In this document: one piece after another, positions 42,359 to 52,296 of the stretch
Position numbering within the stretch: position 1 is the stretch's first letter
Layout of the letters: the number at the start of each line of letters is the position of its first letter
Source: Peptococcaceae bacterium
Lineage (GTDB): Bacteria; Bacillota; DSM-521; Neomoorellales; Neomoorellaceae
Length of the DNA stretch: 64,000 bases
Assembly (NCBI GenBank): GCA_003509545.1
Contig: DOLC01000002.1
Span: 21,306-85,305, forward strand
Direction: 5' to 3'
Program-made: the position numbers and the translations under genes
Notes under the pieces: model-generated
Told to the model about the DNA's origin: nothing
Database searches by the model: none
Seen by the model: the letters and a program-made list of their open reading frames with translations, nothing else

Positions 42359-43300
42359 TTACATGCCCTCCCGTAAAAGCGCCAGGGTCTTGTTGAGGGT
42401 ATCGGGATCTTCCACCCGCGTTACCGTAACCTGGGGAGCAATCCGGCGGATGAGGCCGCTCAAAACGCTGCCGGGACCCACTTCCACAAAAAACCCGTAG
42501 CCGTCCTGGACCAGCCTCTCTATAGTTTCTTCCCAGCGTACGGGCCGCGCCACCTGCTCCACCAGGCCGGTAGGTATCTCCCCCGCGCCCTTAATATAAT
42601 CCGCGCTCACATTGGCCACAACCGGGATCCGGGGATCGGCCACCTCCACCTCGCACAACACGCCTTTCAGGCCCTCGGCCGCCGGCTCCATGAGGGAAGA
42701 ATGGAAGGGCCCGCCGACCTTGAGGGGGACCACCCTCCTCGCCCCGGCCTTCCCGGCCAATTCTGCCGCCTCTTTCAATCCTTCCTTTTCCCCGGCGATG
42801 ACCACCTGACCCGGGGCATTGAAATTGGCAGGCTCTACCAACCCCGCCTTTACCCGGCGGCAGATCTCCTCCACCTGGCGGGAATCAAGGCCCAAAACGG
42901 CCGCCATGCCCCCCTTGCCGTGTTCGCAGGCTGCAGCCATCAGCCGTCCCCGGCGGTCTACCACCCGCAGGGCATCGGCGAAGGTGAGGCTTCCGGCCGC
43001 CACTAAGGCCGCATATTCCCCCAGGCTATGCCCGGCCGCGGCCGCCGGCTTCACCCCCTGCTCCAGGAGAACCCGCAAGCACGCCACCTCTACCGCCAGG
43101 AGGGCCGGTTGGGTGACCTCGGTGCGGGCCAATTCTTCTTCCGGCCCCTCAAAACACAGCCGGGTTATCGGCCGACCCAAAACGGTGTCTGCCTCGGCGA
43201 GGGTATCGGCGGCCACCGTAAATTTTTCTGCCAGTTCCTTGCCCATTCCCACGTATTGAGAACCCTGGCCGGGAAAGACGAACACCGGTCCCTTTCCCAC
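42359..43300 (-). CDS. fabD: Malonyl-CoA-ACP transacylase
   Basis: FPGQGSQ, GHSLGEY, FHS. Confidence 0.96.
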   Translation of the reverse strand: MGKGPVFVFPGQGSQYVGMGKELAEKFTVAADTLAEADTVLGRPITRLCFEGPEEELARTEVTQPALLAVEVACLRVLLEQGVKPAAAAGHSLGEYAALVAAGSLTFADALRVVDRRGRLMAAACEHGKGGMAAVLGLDSRQVEEICRRVKAGLVEPANFNAPGQVVIAGEKEGLKEAAELAGKAGARRVVPLKVGGPFHSSLMEPAAEGLKGVLCEVEVADPRIPVVANVSADYIKGAGEIPTGLVEQVARPVRWEETIERLVQDGYGFFVEVGPGSVLSGLIRRIAPQVTVTRVEDPDTLNKTLALLREGM

Positions 43301-43317
43301 AGCTTCAACCCCCTTAA

Positions 43318-44262
43318 TTACAGCCCGGCCAACTTCCCCAGACGGACCATCACTTCTTGGGCCTCGGCCATTATCTCTTCCAGTATGGCCCTCGCCGGCT
43401 TAATTTCCTTTACCAGGGCGGCTATCTGGCCGGCCATGACGGATCCGTACTCCACATCGCCGTCCACGGCCGCCGCTCTGAGTTTGCCGGCCCCCAATTT
43501 GTCCATCTCCTCCCAGCTCGCCCCCCGGGTCGCCAGCTCCTCGAACTGTCGGGCCAGTTTATTGCGGAGAATCCGCACGTAATGACCCCGGGCGCCGGTA
43601 ACCACCGTGTCGCGGTCGCCGGCCTTAAGGACGGCTTCCTTGTAGTTGGAGTGTACCGTGCACTCCGCAGCGCAGATAAAACGGGTTCCCATCTGAACTC
43701 CCTGGGCCCCCAGGGCCAGGGCGGCGGCCACCCCCCGACCGTCGGCAATGCCACCGGCAGCAATGACCGGGATGCTCACGGCATCTACAATCTGGGGTAC
43801 CAGGGCCATAGTGGTAATTTCGCCTATGTGGCCTCCGCATTCCATGCCCTCGGCGATAAGGGCATCTACTCCCAGGCGCTCCAGGCGTTTGGCCAGGGCT
43901 ACCGAGGCCACCACCGGGATCACCTTAATACCGGCTTCCTTCAGCCGGAGAAGGTGTTTGCCGGGATTCCCGGCTCCCGTGGTTACCACCGGTACCTTTT
44001 CTTCCACCACCACACCCACCAACTCTTCTATGTACGGGGACATATAATACAGGTTAACACCAAAGGGGCGGTCGGTGCGTTCCTTTACTTTGCGGATTTC
44101 CCCGCGGAGCCATTCGGGCGGAGCATTCCCGGCTCCGATAATCCCCAGCCCCCCCGCCGCCGAAACCGCGGCCGCCAGCTCGCCGGTAGCCACCCAGGCC
44201 ATGCCGCCCTGCAAGATGGGGTAAGAGATCTTCAGGAGTTCACAGACAGGTGTACGCCACAT
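43318..44262 (-). CDS. fabK: Enoyl-ACP reductase FabK
   Basis: QGGMAWVA, EGMECGGH, MAGQIA. Confidence 0.93.
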   Translation of the reverse strand: MWRTPVCELLKISYPILQGGMAWVATGELAAAVSAAGGLGIIGAGNAPPEWLRGEIRKVKERTDRPFGVNLYYMSPYIEELVGVVVEEKVPVVTTGAGNPGKHLLRLKEAGIKVIPVVASVALAKRLERLGVDALIAEGMECGGHIGEITTMALVPQIVDAVSIPVIAAGGIADGRGVAAALALGAQGVQMGTRFICAAECTVHSNYKEAVLKAGDRDTVVTGARGHYVRILRNKLARQFEELATRGASWEEMDKLGAGKLRAAAVDGDVEYGSVMAGQIAALVKEIKPARAILEEIMAEAQEVMVRLGKLAGL

Positions 44263-44281
44263 GACACTGCAAACCTCCCCC

Positions 44282-45283
44282 CTAGTCCATACTCCATTTC
44301 ACCACGGCCGCTCCCCAGGTCAGGCCCGCGCCGAAGGAAACCAGCAACACGTTATCCCCTTTGTGCAGCCTACCCTCCCGTCGGGCCTCATCAAGGGCGA
44401 CCGGAACCGAGGCGCTGGACATGTTGCCGTATCGGTCTAAATTGATATAAACCTTTTCCGGGGATAAATCCAGGCGTTTAAGGGCTGCCTCCACAATGCG
44501 GATGTTGGCCTGGTGGGGGATCAAAAGGTCGACGTCTTCTTTCTGGAGGCCGGCCCTTTCCAAGGCCACCAGGGCGGCCTCGCCCAGGATCCTCACGGCA
44601 AACTTAAAGACTTCCCGTCCCTGCATGTGAATGGTATGGAGCTTCCGGTCCACCGTATCCCGGGAGGCCGGTAACCGCGAGCCCCCGGCCGGCATCTCGA
44701 GCAACGGCCCCCCGCTGCCGTCGGCGCCCAGGTAAAGGGAGAGAATCCCTTCCCCCGGAGGAACGGGAGCCAAAACCACCGCCCCGGCCCCATCGCCGAA
44801 GAGGACGCAGGTACTGCGGTCTTGCCAGTTAAGGATCTTGGTGAGGAGGTCCACCCCCACGACCAGGACTTTCTCGTAAGTACCGTTGCCTATGAACTGT
44901 TGGCCGACCCCCAGGGCGTAGAGAAAACCCGTACAGCCTGCCGCCAGATCGAAGGCCGCCGCTCCTCTGGCCCCTAAGCGCTCCTGTACCAGGCAGGCCG
45001 TGGAAGGAAAAAGGGTGTCCGGAGTAACCGTGGCGACAATGATGAGGTCGATTTCTTCCGGCGCTACCCCTGCGCCGGCCAGGGCCCTTCGGGCGGCGGC
45101 CACACTGAGGTCGGAAGCAGCCTCGTCTTCGCGCGCCACCCGGCGTTCGCGAATACCCGTGCGCGTTCGAATCCACTCGTCGCTCGTGTCCACCATTTTC
45201 TCTAGATCGAAATTAGTCAATACCTTCTCCGGCAAAGCGGAACCCGTTCCTATGATACCGGCCTGTCGGCTTCGCGCTGGCAA
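44282..45283 (-). CDS. fabH: 3-oxoacyl-ACP synthase III
   Basis: TSDEWI, AGCTGF, PHQAN, GNMSSAS. Confidence 0.95.
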   Translation of the reverse strand: MPARSRQAGIIGTGSALPEKVLTNFDLEKMVDTSDEWIRTRTGIRERRVAREDEAASDLSVAAARRALAGAGVAPEEIDLIIVATVTPDTLFPSTACLVQERLGARGAAAFDLAAGCTGFLYALGVGQQFIGNGTYEKVLVVGVDLLTKILNWQDRSTCVLFGDGAGAVVLAPVPPGEGILSLYLGADGSGGPLLEMPAGGSRLPASRDTVDRKLHTIHMQGREVFKFAVRILGEAALVALERAGLQKEDVDLLIPHQANIRIVEAALKRLDLSPEKVYINLDRYGNMSSASVPVALDEARREGRLHKGDNVLLVSFGAGLTWGAAVVKWSMD

Positions 45284-46287
45284 TTCTCCACCTTCTTTCT
45301 AGAGTTGAGGCCGGGCAGGTGGCCGAGATTCTCCACCAGCTTTTCCTGGATGCAGCGTACGGCTACCTTTACGGCGTTTCTGATGGCCCGCTCATCGGAA
45401 CTGCCGTGACAAATGATGCTTATTCCCTGCACCCCGAGAAGGGGGGCGCCGCCGTATTCGGCGTAATCCACCTCTTGTTTCAAGCGGCGCAGGGCGGGTA
45501 ACATCAGTACGGCTCCCAGGCGGGCCCTGAAGTTGCGCCTCACTTCTTCCTGGATTCGGGCGAAAAGGGTCAAGGCCAGGCCCTCGCCGAACTTAAGGAG
45601 GACGTTGCCGGTAAAACCGTCGCAGACGTAAACATCGGCCACTCCCCGGAGCAAATCTCTGCTCTCTACATTTCCTATGAAATTAAGGTTGGACTGCTTC
45701 AGTAGCTCATAGGTCTGAAGGACCAGTTCGCTTCCTTTACCGGCCTCCACCCCTACATTGATGAGCCCCACCCGCGGGGAGGGAATCCCCAGGACCTTAT
45801 GAGCATACAGGCTCCCCATCTGGGCGAACTCATAGAGGTGGTCGGGCCGGCAGTCTACGTTGGCCCCGGCGTCCAGTAAGAGTTTGGGCCCTTCCAAGGT
45901 GGGTAGAAAGGTGGCAATGGCCGGCCGCTGGATATTGCCGCTGCGGCCGAGGATGAGGAGGGCGGCGGCCATCTGGGCTCCCGTGCTCCCCGCCGAAACT
46001 ACGGCCTGGGCCCGGCCTTCCCTTACCAAACGAGTGGCCAGGACGATGGAAGCCTCCTTCTTGCGGCGCAGGGCCAGGGCGGGCTGTTCATCCATGGTAA
46101 TAACCTGCTCGGTATGTACGATTTCCACCTTTCCTCCGGGCAGCCCGTCCCCCAGCTCCCTTTCGATGGCCCGGGCATCCCCCACGAGAATAACCTCCGC
46201 CCAACCTTCCCGGGCGGCGGCCACGGCACCGCGCACCACGGCTCCCGGCGCATAATCCCCACCCATGGCATCTACGGCGATCTTCAA
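45250..46287 (-). CDS. plsX: Phosphate acyltransferase PlsX
   Basis: IAVDAMGGD, DAGAN, CDGFTGN, HGSS. Confidence 0.96.
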   Translation of the reverse strand: MKIAVDAMGGDYAPGAVVRGAVAAAREGWAEVILVGDARAIERELGDGLPGGKVEIVHTEQVITMDEQPALALRRKKEASIVLATRLVREGRAQAVVSAGSTGAQMAAALLILGRSGNIQRPAIATFLPTLEGPKLLLDAGANVDCRPDHLYEFAQMGSLYAHKVLGIPSPRVGLINVGVEAGKGSELVLQTYELLKQSNLNFIGNVESRDLLRGVADVYVCDGFTGNVLLKFGEGLALTLFARIQEEVRRNFRARLGAVLMLPALRRLKQEVDYAEYGGAPLLGVQGISIICHGSSDERAIRNAVKVAVRCIQEKLVENLGHLPGLNSRKKVENCQREADRPVS

Positions 46288-46898
46288 GGGTTGTCTCCTC
46301 CCTGTCCTTTCTCGTCGACTTCGGGGGCTATCACCACGAATTGGCCTTTGAAAACGATCTCCGTACCTACGCGGGAATGGACGGATACCAAATAAGTACA
46401 GCCCCGCTGCACCTTTACCATAGCCCTGGCCACGACCTTTTCGGCCTCATAAACCGGGCGGCGGTAGCGCACCCGGGCGCTGCTGGTCAACACCATCTCC
46501 CGGCCCACCGTGGCCAGGGCCAGGGAGTTTGCCTGGGCAAAGAGATAATATCCCCGGCAGGCGCCGCCTGGTTTCAGCAGCATCTCCGGTCGAACCTCCA
46601 AAAAGGATATGCCCACCTTCCCTGGCTGCAGCTCCACCAGCTCCCCTACCAGTTCCTCGTCCGTCACTCCGCGCATGCGGCTGCGGGCTTCCTGAGCCAG
46701 CATCATAACCCGTTCCCGGACCTCGGGAATGCCCAGGGCCAGCCGGTCCAGGCGGATGGTGGGAATACTGACCTTAAACCGCGCCGCCAATTCCTCGTCG
46801 GTGGCAAAGGGCTGCTCCTGGAGGTAGCGCACGAGGGCCTTCTGGCGCTCTTCTTTCCGGCTATGTTTCTTGGCCACCGGGACCACCCCCAAGATCAT
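46284..46898 (-). CDS. fapR: Transcription factor FapR
   Basis: PFATDEELA..TIRLDR; FAQANSLA thioesterase-like domain. Confidence 0.93.
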   Translation of the reverse strand: MILGVVPVAKKHSRKEERQKALVRYLQEQPFATDEELAARFKVSIPTIRLDRLALGIPEVRERVMMLAQEARSRMRGVTDEELVGELVELQPGKVGISFLEVRPEMLLKPGGACRGYYLFAQANSLALATVGREMVLTSSARVRYRRPVYEAEKVVARAMVKVQRGCTYLVSVHSRVGTEIVFKGQFVVIAPEVDEKGQGGDNP

Positions 46899-46911
46899 TT
46901 GGTACCCCGTA

Positions 46912-46928
46912 TTATTACCAGGCTATAG
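46912..46928. promoter_or_regulatory. Possible FapR operator
   Basis: 17-mer TTATTACCAGGCTATAG just upstream of fapR, partly resembling TTAGTAnnnnnTACTAA. Confidence 0.4.
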
Positions 46929-46963
46929 TATTAGTATAAGCGTCCAGGTCTTCCTGTGCAACC

Positions 46964-46990
46964 AAAAAATAAACCGGCTCCAGGCCGGTT
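46964..46990 (-). terminator. Rho-independent terminator after rubredoxin
   Basis: AACCGGC-loop-GCCGGTT followed by T-tract on the minus strand. Confidence 0.7.
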
Positions 46991-47078
46991 CTGTTCTTTA
47001 TCTAAACCTCCCCGATATGCCGTAGAGGAGAGGGTCAGCGGCGTCTTCCCCTCTGCGTCCCCGTTCTATGTGCTCCCT

Positions 47079-47240
47079 TTAGCCTTCAAGCTCAAACATT
47101 TCTTTGCCCGCACTGCAGAGGGGACATACCCACTCTTCAGGTAAGTCGCCGAAGGCTGTGCCCGCCGGGATACCGTTTTCAGGGTCTCCCTGCCCGGGAT
47201 CGTAGACGTACCCGCATATGGTGCAGATATACTTTTCCAT
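47079..47240 (-). CDS. Rubredoxin (53 aa; not in ORF track)
   Basis: [15 protein letters not shown]...[29 protein letters not shown]. Confidence 0.95.
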   Translation of the reverse strand: MEKYICTICGYVYDPGQGDPENGIPAGTAFGDLPEEWVCPLCSAGKEMFELEG

Positions 47241-47277
47241 GCTCTTACTCCTTCCTCAAGGGATTATCGATATTTAC

Positions 47278-47655
47278 TTAATCCGCCTTCCAGAGACCGT
47301 GCAGGTTGCAATAGGCCCGAACCGCAACATCCCCGTCCACCCGGCAGAAAACCGCCTCAGGCGGATCGCCTGGAGTCAGCTGCTGCCTCCGTACCCGGCC
47401 ACCGGCCCTGAGTTCGATCCACTCTATGTAATGCTTGTCCTCCATAGGGTGGGGAATACTGCCTACGGTAACTTTGAGACCGTCGGCAACCCGGGCAACC
47501 ACGGGGACATGCTTTTCCCTGCTGGCATCTACGGTGTTCTCCTCCATTAATTCCATGGGCTTACCGCAGCATACCAGAGTCCCCGCACCGGTATGCAGGA
47601 TTTCCACCATATTGCCGCAAACACCGCACCTGTAAACCTGTCCCAGTGCTGTCAT
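47278..47655 (-). CDS. dfx: Desulfoferrodoxin (superoxide reductase)
   Basis: CGVCGN..CCG, EKHVP, HPM..HYIEWI, CNLHGLW. Confidence 0.95.
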   Translation of the reverse strand: MTALGQVYRCGVCGNMVEILHTGAGTLVCCGKPMELMEENTVDASREKHVPVVARVADGLKVTVGSIPHPMEDKHYIEWIELRAGGRVRRQQLTPGDPPEAVFCRVDGDVAVRAYCNLHGLWKAD

Positions 47656-47679
47656 CGTTAACCTCCTTCAGTAAAGATT

Positions 47680-47722
47680 ATTATTGTTAATAATTATTCG
47701 CCGCGGCCTACCTATTTCCTGC
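47680..47722 (-). promoter_or_regulatory. Sigma-H-like promoter with downstream Fur/PerR-like 7-1-7 palindrome
   Basis: GCAGGAAAT-N12-GCGAAT; ATTATTG-T-TAATAAT at 47680-47694. Confidence 0.5.
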
Positions 47723-47915
47723 CGTCTGAAAAAAATTTTGGCGCCCGGCGGAGAGATTTCCCGCCGTCTCGGCCTCGTCCCGGACCGTTTCTTATGCCAT
47801 GCAAGCAGGATTGAGTACTCTGATAGCCAACTCGCGCGCAAAGCATGCCGCCAGAAACAAAGGAGGCCCTCGGCCGGCTTACGACACCCGAGTTAGCGAA
47901 CCGCAAGGCTTGAGC

Positions 47916-48710
47916 TCACGCCGATACCGTCACCGGGATCCTGTAGGAGCAAGGCAGCCCCACCAGGCACTTGCCGCATACGTCCGCCTGTCCTAGGTCC
48001 TTATAACGGGCGGCGTTATGGAGGCAAGTCTCGTAACACCTCCTGCGGTCAAACCCCGCCTCGCTGAGGGCGCCGTTTACGCAACGCGCGGTACACACCC
48101 CACAGCTGCCGTTCATCTTGTGCAGGCAGTACTCGCCTTCTGGACGGGGCGTGGGTAGTAGCGGGGCGTTGGTTACAAGCGACCCTATCCTGCCGCAGCA
48201 GCCACCGGCGGTAATTAGCATATTGTTGCGGCCGAACTTCCCCAACCCGGCGATGTAGGCCACGTGACGGTGCGACCAGTTGCTAATGAGCCTTTCCTCA
48301 TCGAAGTTGTGTGTTGGCGGGATTAGGGCTGCCCGGTAGCCGTACTTTTCCAATTCGCGCGCCAGCGCTTCGTTAAGCTCGGATATGAGCGCATTCGTCT
48401 CCACGTAGGCTACCGCCCAGAAGCGGGAGCTTTCCGTGCCCGGGATATTGCTCTCGGCGACGGCTGGCTCAAAGGGCAGGAAATAGGTAATCACCGTTCG
48501 GGCATCCGGTAGGAGGTCTGCGGGTAACGCATGGGAGGGAGAAACGACTTCCTTTAGCCTGGCAAACAGCGGGTCATCCGCAGCTGCGTAGGCCACCAAG
48601 GGATCCAACCTGCGGGTACGGGTCAGCTTTCGCGAGGGGTAGTTGCGCACGAAATTCTCAACATGGTTGCTAATGGCTTGCCGCCAATTACCGGTCGTTT
48701 CCTCTATCAT
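47916..48710 (-). CDS. Epoxyqueuosine-reductase-like Fe-S protein
   Basis: WSHRHVAYIAGLGKFGRNN; CxxxxxxxCxxCxxxC and CGKC clusters. Confidence 0.75.
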   Translation of the reverse strand: MIEETTGNWRQAISNHVENFVRNYPSRKLTRTRRLDPLVAYAAADDPLFARLKEVVSPSHALPADLLPDARTVITYFLPFEPAVAESNIPGTESSRFWAVAYVETNALISELNEALARELEKYGYRAALIPPTHNFDEERLISNWSHRHVAYIAGLGKFGRNNMLITAGGCCGRIGSLVTNAPLLPTPRPEGEYCLHKMNGSCGVCTARCVNGALSEAGFDRRRCYETCLHNAARYKDLGQADVCGKCLVGLPCSYRIPVTVSA

Positions 48711-48924
48711 AAAGCACCTCCCAACCTTTTCCTTCTGCTCGGAGGCGGACCCTGATATTTTCCCTATATTTTCCCTCCACCCCTATAAGGTAACCCCACT
48801 GTGTGTCCTATACAGCAACAAGTGATGTTTGCCACTCAACCGAGATACCTTTACACTTATCCCCTAGTATTTGTTCAGTTCCATATTTTCGCTCGTTTCA
48901 ACGACCATGCCGGACGCACAAAAG

Positions 48925-48959
48925 CCGGCCCCTTATCCCTCCCGGGAATAAGGGGCCGG
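48925..48959. terminator. Terminator hairpin after rpmF
   Basis: CCGGCCCCTTAT...ATAAGGGGCCGG. Confidence 0.7.
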
Positions 48960-48984
48960 TCGCATTTTTTATGTTACCATTTCC

Positions 48985-49170
48985 CTACTCCTCGGCTACC
49001 TTCAGCACTTCCCGCCCTTTATAGTAGCCGCATTTGGGACAAGCCCGGTGTACCTGTTTCAGCTCATGGCACTGGGGGCATTCTACCAGCGTAGGGGGTG
49101 TCATTTTGGCCCACTCAGAGCGCCGCTTGTTCTTTCGCGCCTTGGAAACCCTTCTCTTTGGAACGCCCAA
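48985..49170 (-). CDS. rpmF: 50S ribosomal protein L32
   Basis: VPKRRVSK, CPQC..HRACPKCGYY. Confidence 0.96.
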   Translation of the reverse strand: MGVPKRRVSKARKNKRRSEWAKMTPPTLVECPQCHELKQVHRACPKCGYYKGREVLKVAEE

Positions 49171-49173
49171 CTT

Positions 49174-49710
49174 CTAACCCTCCCTTCTCACCCAGGACAA
49201 TAGCTCACCCAGCACGGCCATCCGCGGGTCGACTTCCTCTCCCCGGCAATGGCAGTCCCCCTCGTTCAAATTCTGACCGCAAACGGGGCACAGGCCCTGG
49301 CACTCTTCCCGGCAAAGCCACTTCATGGGTAGGGCCAGGATAAAGGCTTCGCGTACTGCCGGAGCGACATCTATACTGTCCCCTTCATAGACTCTTACCT
49401 CATCCCTTGCCTCATCATCTTCGGCCAGGGAGGCGAATACTCCCTGCGTACAGTATTGTTCCTCCACGGAAACCTCCAAAGACACCGTATAAGGCTCCAA
49501 GCAGCGGCAACACCTCAGCCGCGCGGTGGTGTAGGCCTTGCCTCGAAGGTGAAGGAACTTGCCCGTATTGGTGATATCTCCCGTCACCCGGACCGGCTCG
49601 GTAAGGGGAATCCTCTCCGCGCCCGCGTCCAATTGGGGCCACGTCTCCTGCCGGTCGAATTCCAGCCTGTTGCCCCGCTTGAGCTTTAGTTCGCCCACTT
49701 CCACCAGCAC
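49174..49710 (-). CDS. YceD/DUF177 family protein
   Basis: CxRCL, LCREECQGLCPVCG, DPR; upstream of rpmF. Confidence 0.92.
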   Translation of the reverse strand: MLVEVGELKLKRGNRLEFDRQETWPQLDAGAERIPLTEPVRVTGDITNTGKFLHLRGKAYTTARLRCCRCLEPYTVSLEVSVEEQYCTQGVFASLAEDDEARDEVRVYEGDSIDVAPAVREAFILALPMKWLCREECQGLCPVCGQNLNEGDCHCRGEEVDPRMAVLGELLSWVRREG

Positions 49711-49727
49711 CCATCTTCACCCCGCTC

Positions 49728-49757
49728 ATTATAGCGAAAGGGATTTTTCCCTGTCAA
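49728..49757 (-). promoter_or_regulatory. Sigma-A promoter of yceD-rpmF
   Basis: TTGACA-N18-TATAAT. Confidence 0.8.
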
Positions 49758-50959
49758 CGGGCCTTTTGGCCTTCTATGAGGGCCCGGGTGTCCCGGGCGA
49801 TCATCAATTCCTCGTTGGTAGGTATCACAAAGGTGCGGACCCTGGCCCCTGCGGCCGTAATCTCCCGTTCCTCTCCCCGCACGTCGTTCTTTTGGGGATC
49901 GATCCTCAAGCCCAGGTACTCGAAGCCCTGGCAAATGGCCTCCCTGGCCCGGGGAGAGTTTTCGCCCAGGCCGGCGGTAAAGACCAGGATATCCAGGCCG
50001 CCCAGGACGGCCGTATAGGCCCCTATATACTTGCGCACCCCGTGAACGAAAACGTTCCAGGCAAGGCGCGCCCGCGGATTACCATCGTCCATGGCCGTCT
50101 CGATATCCCGAAAGTCGCTGCTTACACCCGAGAGGCCCAAAATTCCGGAGCGCTTGTTGAGGATATCCTCCATCTCCCGGGGACTGTATCCCTCTTTCTC
50201 CATTAGGAAGGTTACCACGGCGGGGTCAAGGTCCCCGCAGCGGGTGCCCATGGTCAATCCGGCCAGGGGGGTAAAGCCCATGCTCGTATCATAGGATTGG
50301 CCGTTCTTTATAGCGGCGATACTGGAACCATTCCCCAGGTGGCAGGTAATAATCTTTAACTCCTCAAAGGGACGACCGGTCAGGGCAGCGGCCCTCAGGG
50401 CCACGTATTTATGGGAAGTCCCGTGGAACCCGTACCGCCGGATCCGGTGTTTGGCGGCCAGTTCGTGGGGCAGGCTGTAGGTGTAAGCGTAATCCGGTAT
50501 GCTCTGGTGGAAGGCGGTATCAAAGCAGGCCGCCTGGGGAATCCCCGGCAGCAACACCTCACAGGCGGAGATCCCGCGCAGGGCCGGGGCGTTGTGTAAA
50601 GGAGCCAGGGCCACCAATTCGGCTATCCGGGCCTTGGTATCGGCATTCAGCAAAACCGACCCCGGAAAATCCCCCCCATGGGCCACCCGGTGACCCACCC
50701 CCTGGATTTCTCCAAAATCCCTTATCACCCCATATTCCGGATCCGTTAAGGCTTCCAGGCAGTACCTGATGGCCTTTTCGTGGTCGGGCGCTTCCACTTC
50801 CCTGACCAGCTTATCCTTCCCCGCCGGTCGGTGGGTGAGGAGGGAACCCTCCAGGCCGATCCTCTCCAACAACCCCCTGGCAAGGGACTTCTCCCGGGCC
50901 ATGTCAAAGATCTGGTACTTTACCGAAGAGCTTCCGCAGTTAAGGACCAAAATTTTCAT
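49754..50959 (-). CDS. ackA: Acetate kinase
   Basis: NCGSSSVK, APLHN, YGFHGTSH, HLGNG, PTNEE. Confidence 0.96.
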   Translation of the reverse strand: MKILVLNCGSSSVKYQIFDMAREKSLARGLLERIGLEGSLLTHRPAGKDKLVREVEAPDHEKAIRYCLEALTDPEYGVIRDFGEIQGVGHRVAHGGDFPGSVLLNADTKARIAELVALAPLHNAPALRGISACEVLLPGIPQAACFDTAFHQSIPDYAYTYSLPHELAAKHRIRRYGFHGTSHKYVALRAAALTGRPFEELKIITCHLGNGSSIAAIKNGQSYDTSMGFTPLAGLTMGTRCGDLDPAVVTFLMEKEGYSPREMEDILNKRSGILGLSGVSSDFRDIETAMDDGNPRARLAWNVFVHGVRKYIGAYTAVLGGLDILVFTAGLGENSPRAREAICQGFEYLGLRIDPQKNDVRGEEREITAAGARVRTFVIPTNEELMIARDTRALIEGQKAR

Positions 50960-51075
50960 GGCGACCTCTCCCTTCAGCTATAGGTTGATGAGCCCCGGTC
51001 TAAAACCCTCCTCCTCCCCGTATATATTAATGGGAAAAAGAACAAGAGCCTTCCTTCCGGTGGAGGTGTTTAAAC

Positions 51076-52296
51076 CTGCCGCCCGCCACGCATCCCACCT
51101 TGTCGGCGACAGTCGGGGCTATACTCGTCCTTTTAGTTTTGGTCCTGATTATTATGCATCCCCTTCAGGCCTTCCAGGCAGCCCTGAGCGGCCTGGAGGC
51201 GTGGTGGAAAATTGTCGTCCCTGCCCTGCTCCCCTTCTTCATCCTTTCCCAGCTTCTCATGGGGCTGGGCATAGTTCATTTTTTAGGCGTCTTCCTGGAG
51301 CCCTTTATGCGCCCCCTCTTCAACGTACCGGGAAGCGCCGCCTTTGTCGTCCTCATGGGATACACTTCCGGCGCCCCCTTAAGCGCCCACCTGACGGCCC
51401 AGCTAAGGAGCCAGGGCCTCCTCACCGCAGCCGAAGGAGAAAGATTAATCTGCTTCACCAACAACGCCAGCCCCCTCTTCATGCTGGGGGCAGTGGCGGT
51501 GGGCATGTTGCACGACCCCAGCCTGGGTCCGGTCATCGCTACCGCCCACTATGCCTCCAACCTCATCCTGGGGTTTCTCTTCCGCTTCTACCGGCGGGGT
51601 GAAGCCTCCGCCCCCGTGGCGGATACCCCCCTCCCCCACCTCCCCCGCCGGGCCTGGCAGGCCCTTCTGGAGGCCCAGCGAAGGGACGGCCGCCCCCTGG
51701 GCCAACTGTTAAACGACGCCGTCACCCGCTCCTTCCAAGTGCTCCTGGCCGTCGGAGGATTCATCGTCCTCTTCGCCGTGGTAATCCGCCTGGCCCACCT
51801 GACCGGAGTTGCCCGCTGGCTGGAAAAGGGCTTGCTACCCTTTCTGCGGTTGCTCGATCTTGATACTCAAAGCACATCGGCCGTGGCCGCGGGGGTCTTG
51901 GAAATGACCCTAGGAACAAAGGCAGCCGGGGAGCTACCTCTGGCCCTTTCCGCCCGGCTGGCCGTCATCAGCTTCATCCTCGGCTGGGCTGGCCTTTCGG
52001 TCCACGCCCAGGTGGCGGCCATGATCAGCGGAACGGACCTGCGCCTCGGTCCTTTTATCGGTGCTCGCCTCCTGCACGGCATTTTCGCGTCGAAGCTGGT
52101 GCTCTTCTTTTACGGCCCGGCCCAACCGGTGGTTCGTCTTCTACAAGGGCCCTTCCCCGCCGCCGCGACGGGACACGCTCTATGGGTTTATTACGCCGGT
52201 TTTCCGTTGTTCACCCTCCTATTCTTTACTTCCCTGACGGCCCTAGGGTTGCTATTTTACACCCTTTTACGCCGTTCGAAGAACTACTGGTCTTGA
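51076..52296 (+). CDS. ylbJ: Sporulation integral membrane protein YlbJ (SpoVV-like)
   Basis: PALLPFF, FTNNASPLF, LEMTLG, GLSVHAQV; start CTG 51076 or TTG 51100. Confidence 0.88.
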   Translation: MPPATHPTLSATVGAILVLLVLVLIIMHPLQAFQAALSGLEAWWKIVVPALLPFFILSQLLMGLGIVHFLGVFLEPFMRPLFNVPGSAAFVVLMGYTSGAPLSAHLTAQLRSQGLLTAAEGERLICFTNNASPLFMLGAVAVGMLHDPSLGPVIATAHYASNLILGFLFRFYRRGEASAPVADTPLPHLPRRAWQALLEAQRRDGRPLGQLLNDAVTRSFQVLLAVGGFIVLFAVVIRLAHLTGVARWLEKGLLPFLRLLDLDTQSTSAVAAGVLEMTLGTKAAGELPLALSARLAVISFILGWAGLSVHAQVAAMISGTDLRLGPFIGARLLHGIFASKLVLFFYGPAQPVVRLLQGPFPAAATGHALWVYYAGFPLFTLLFFTSLTALGLLFYTLLRRSKNYWS

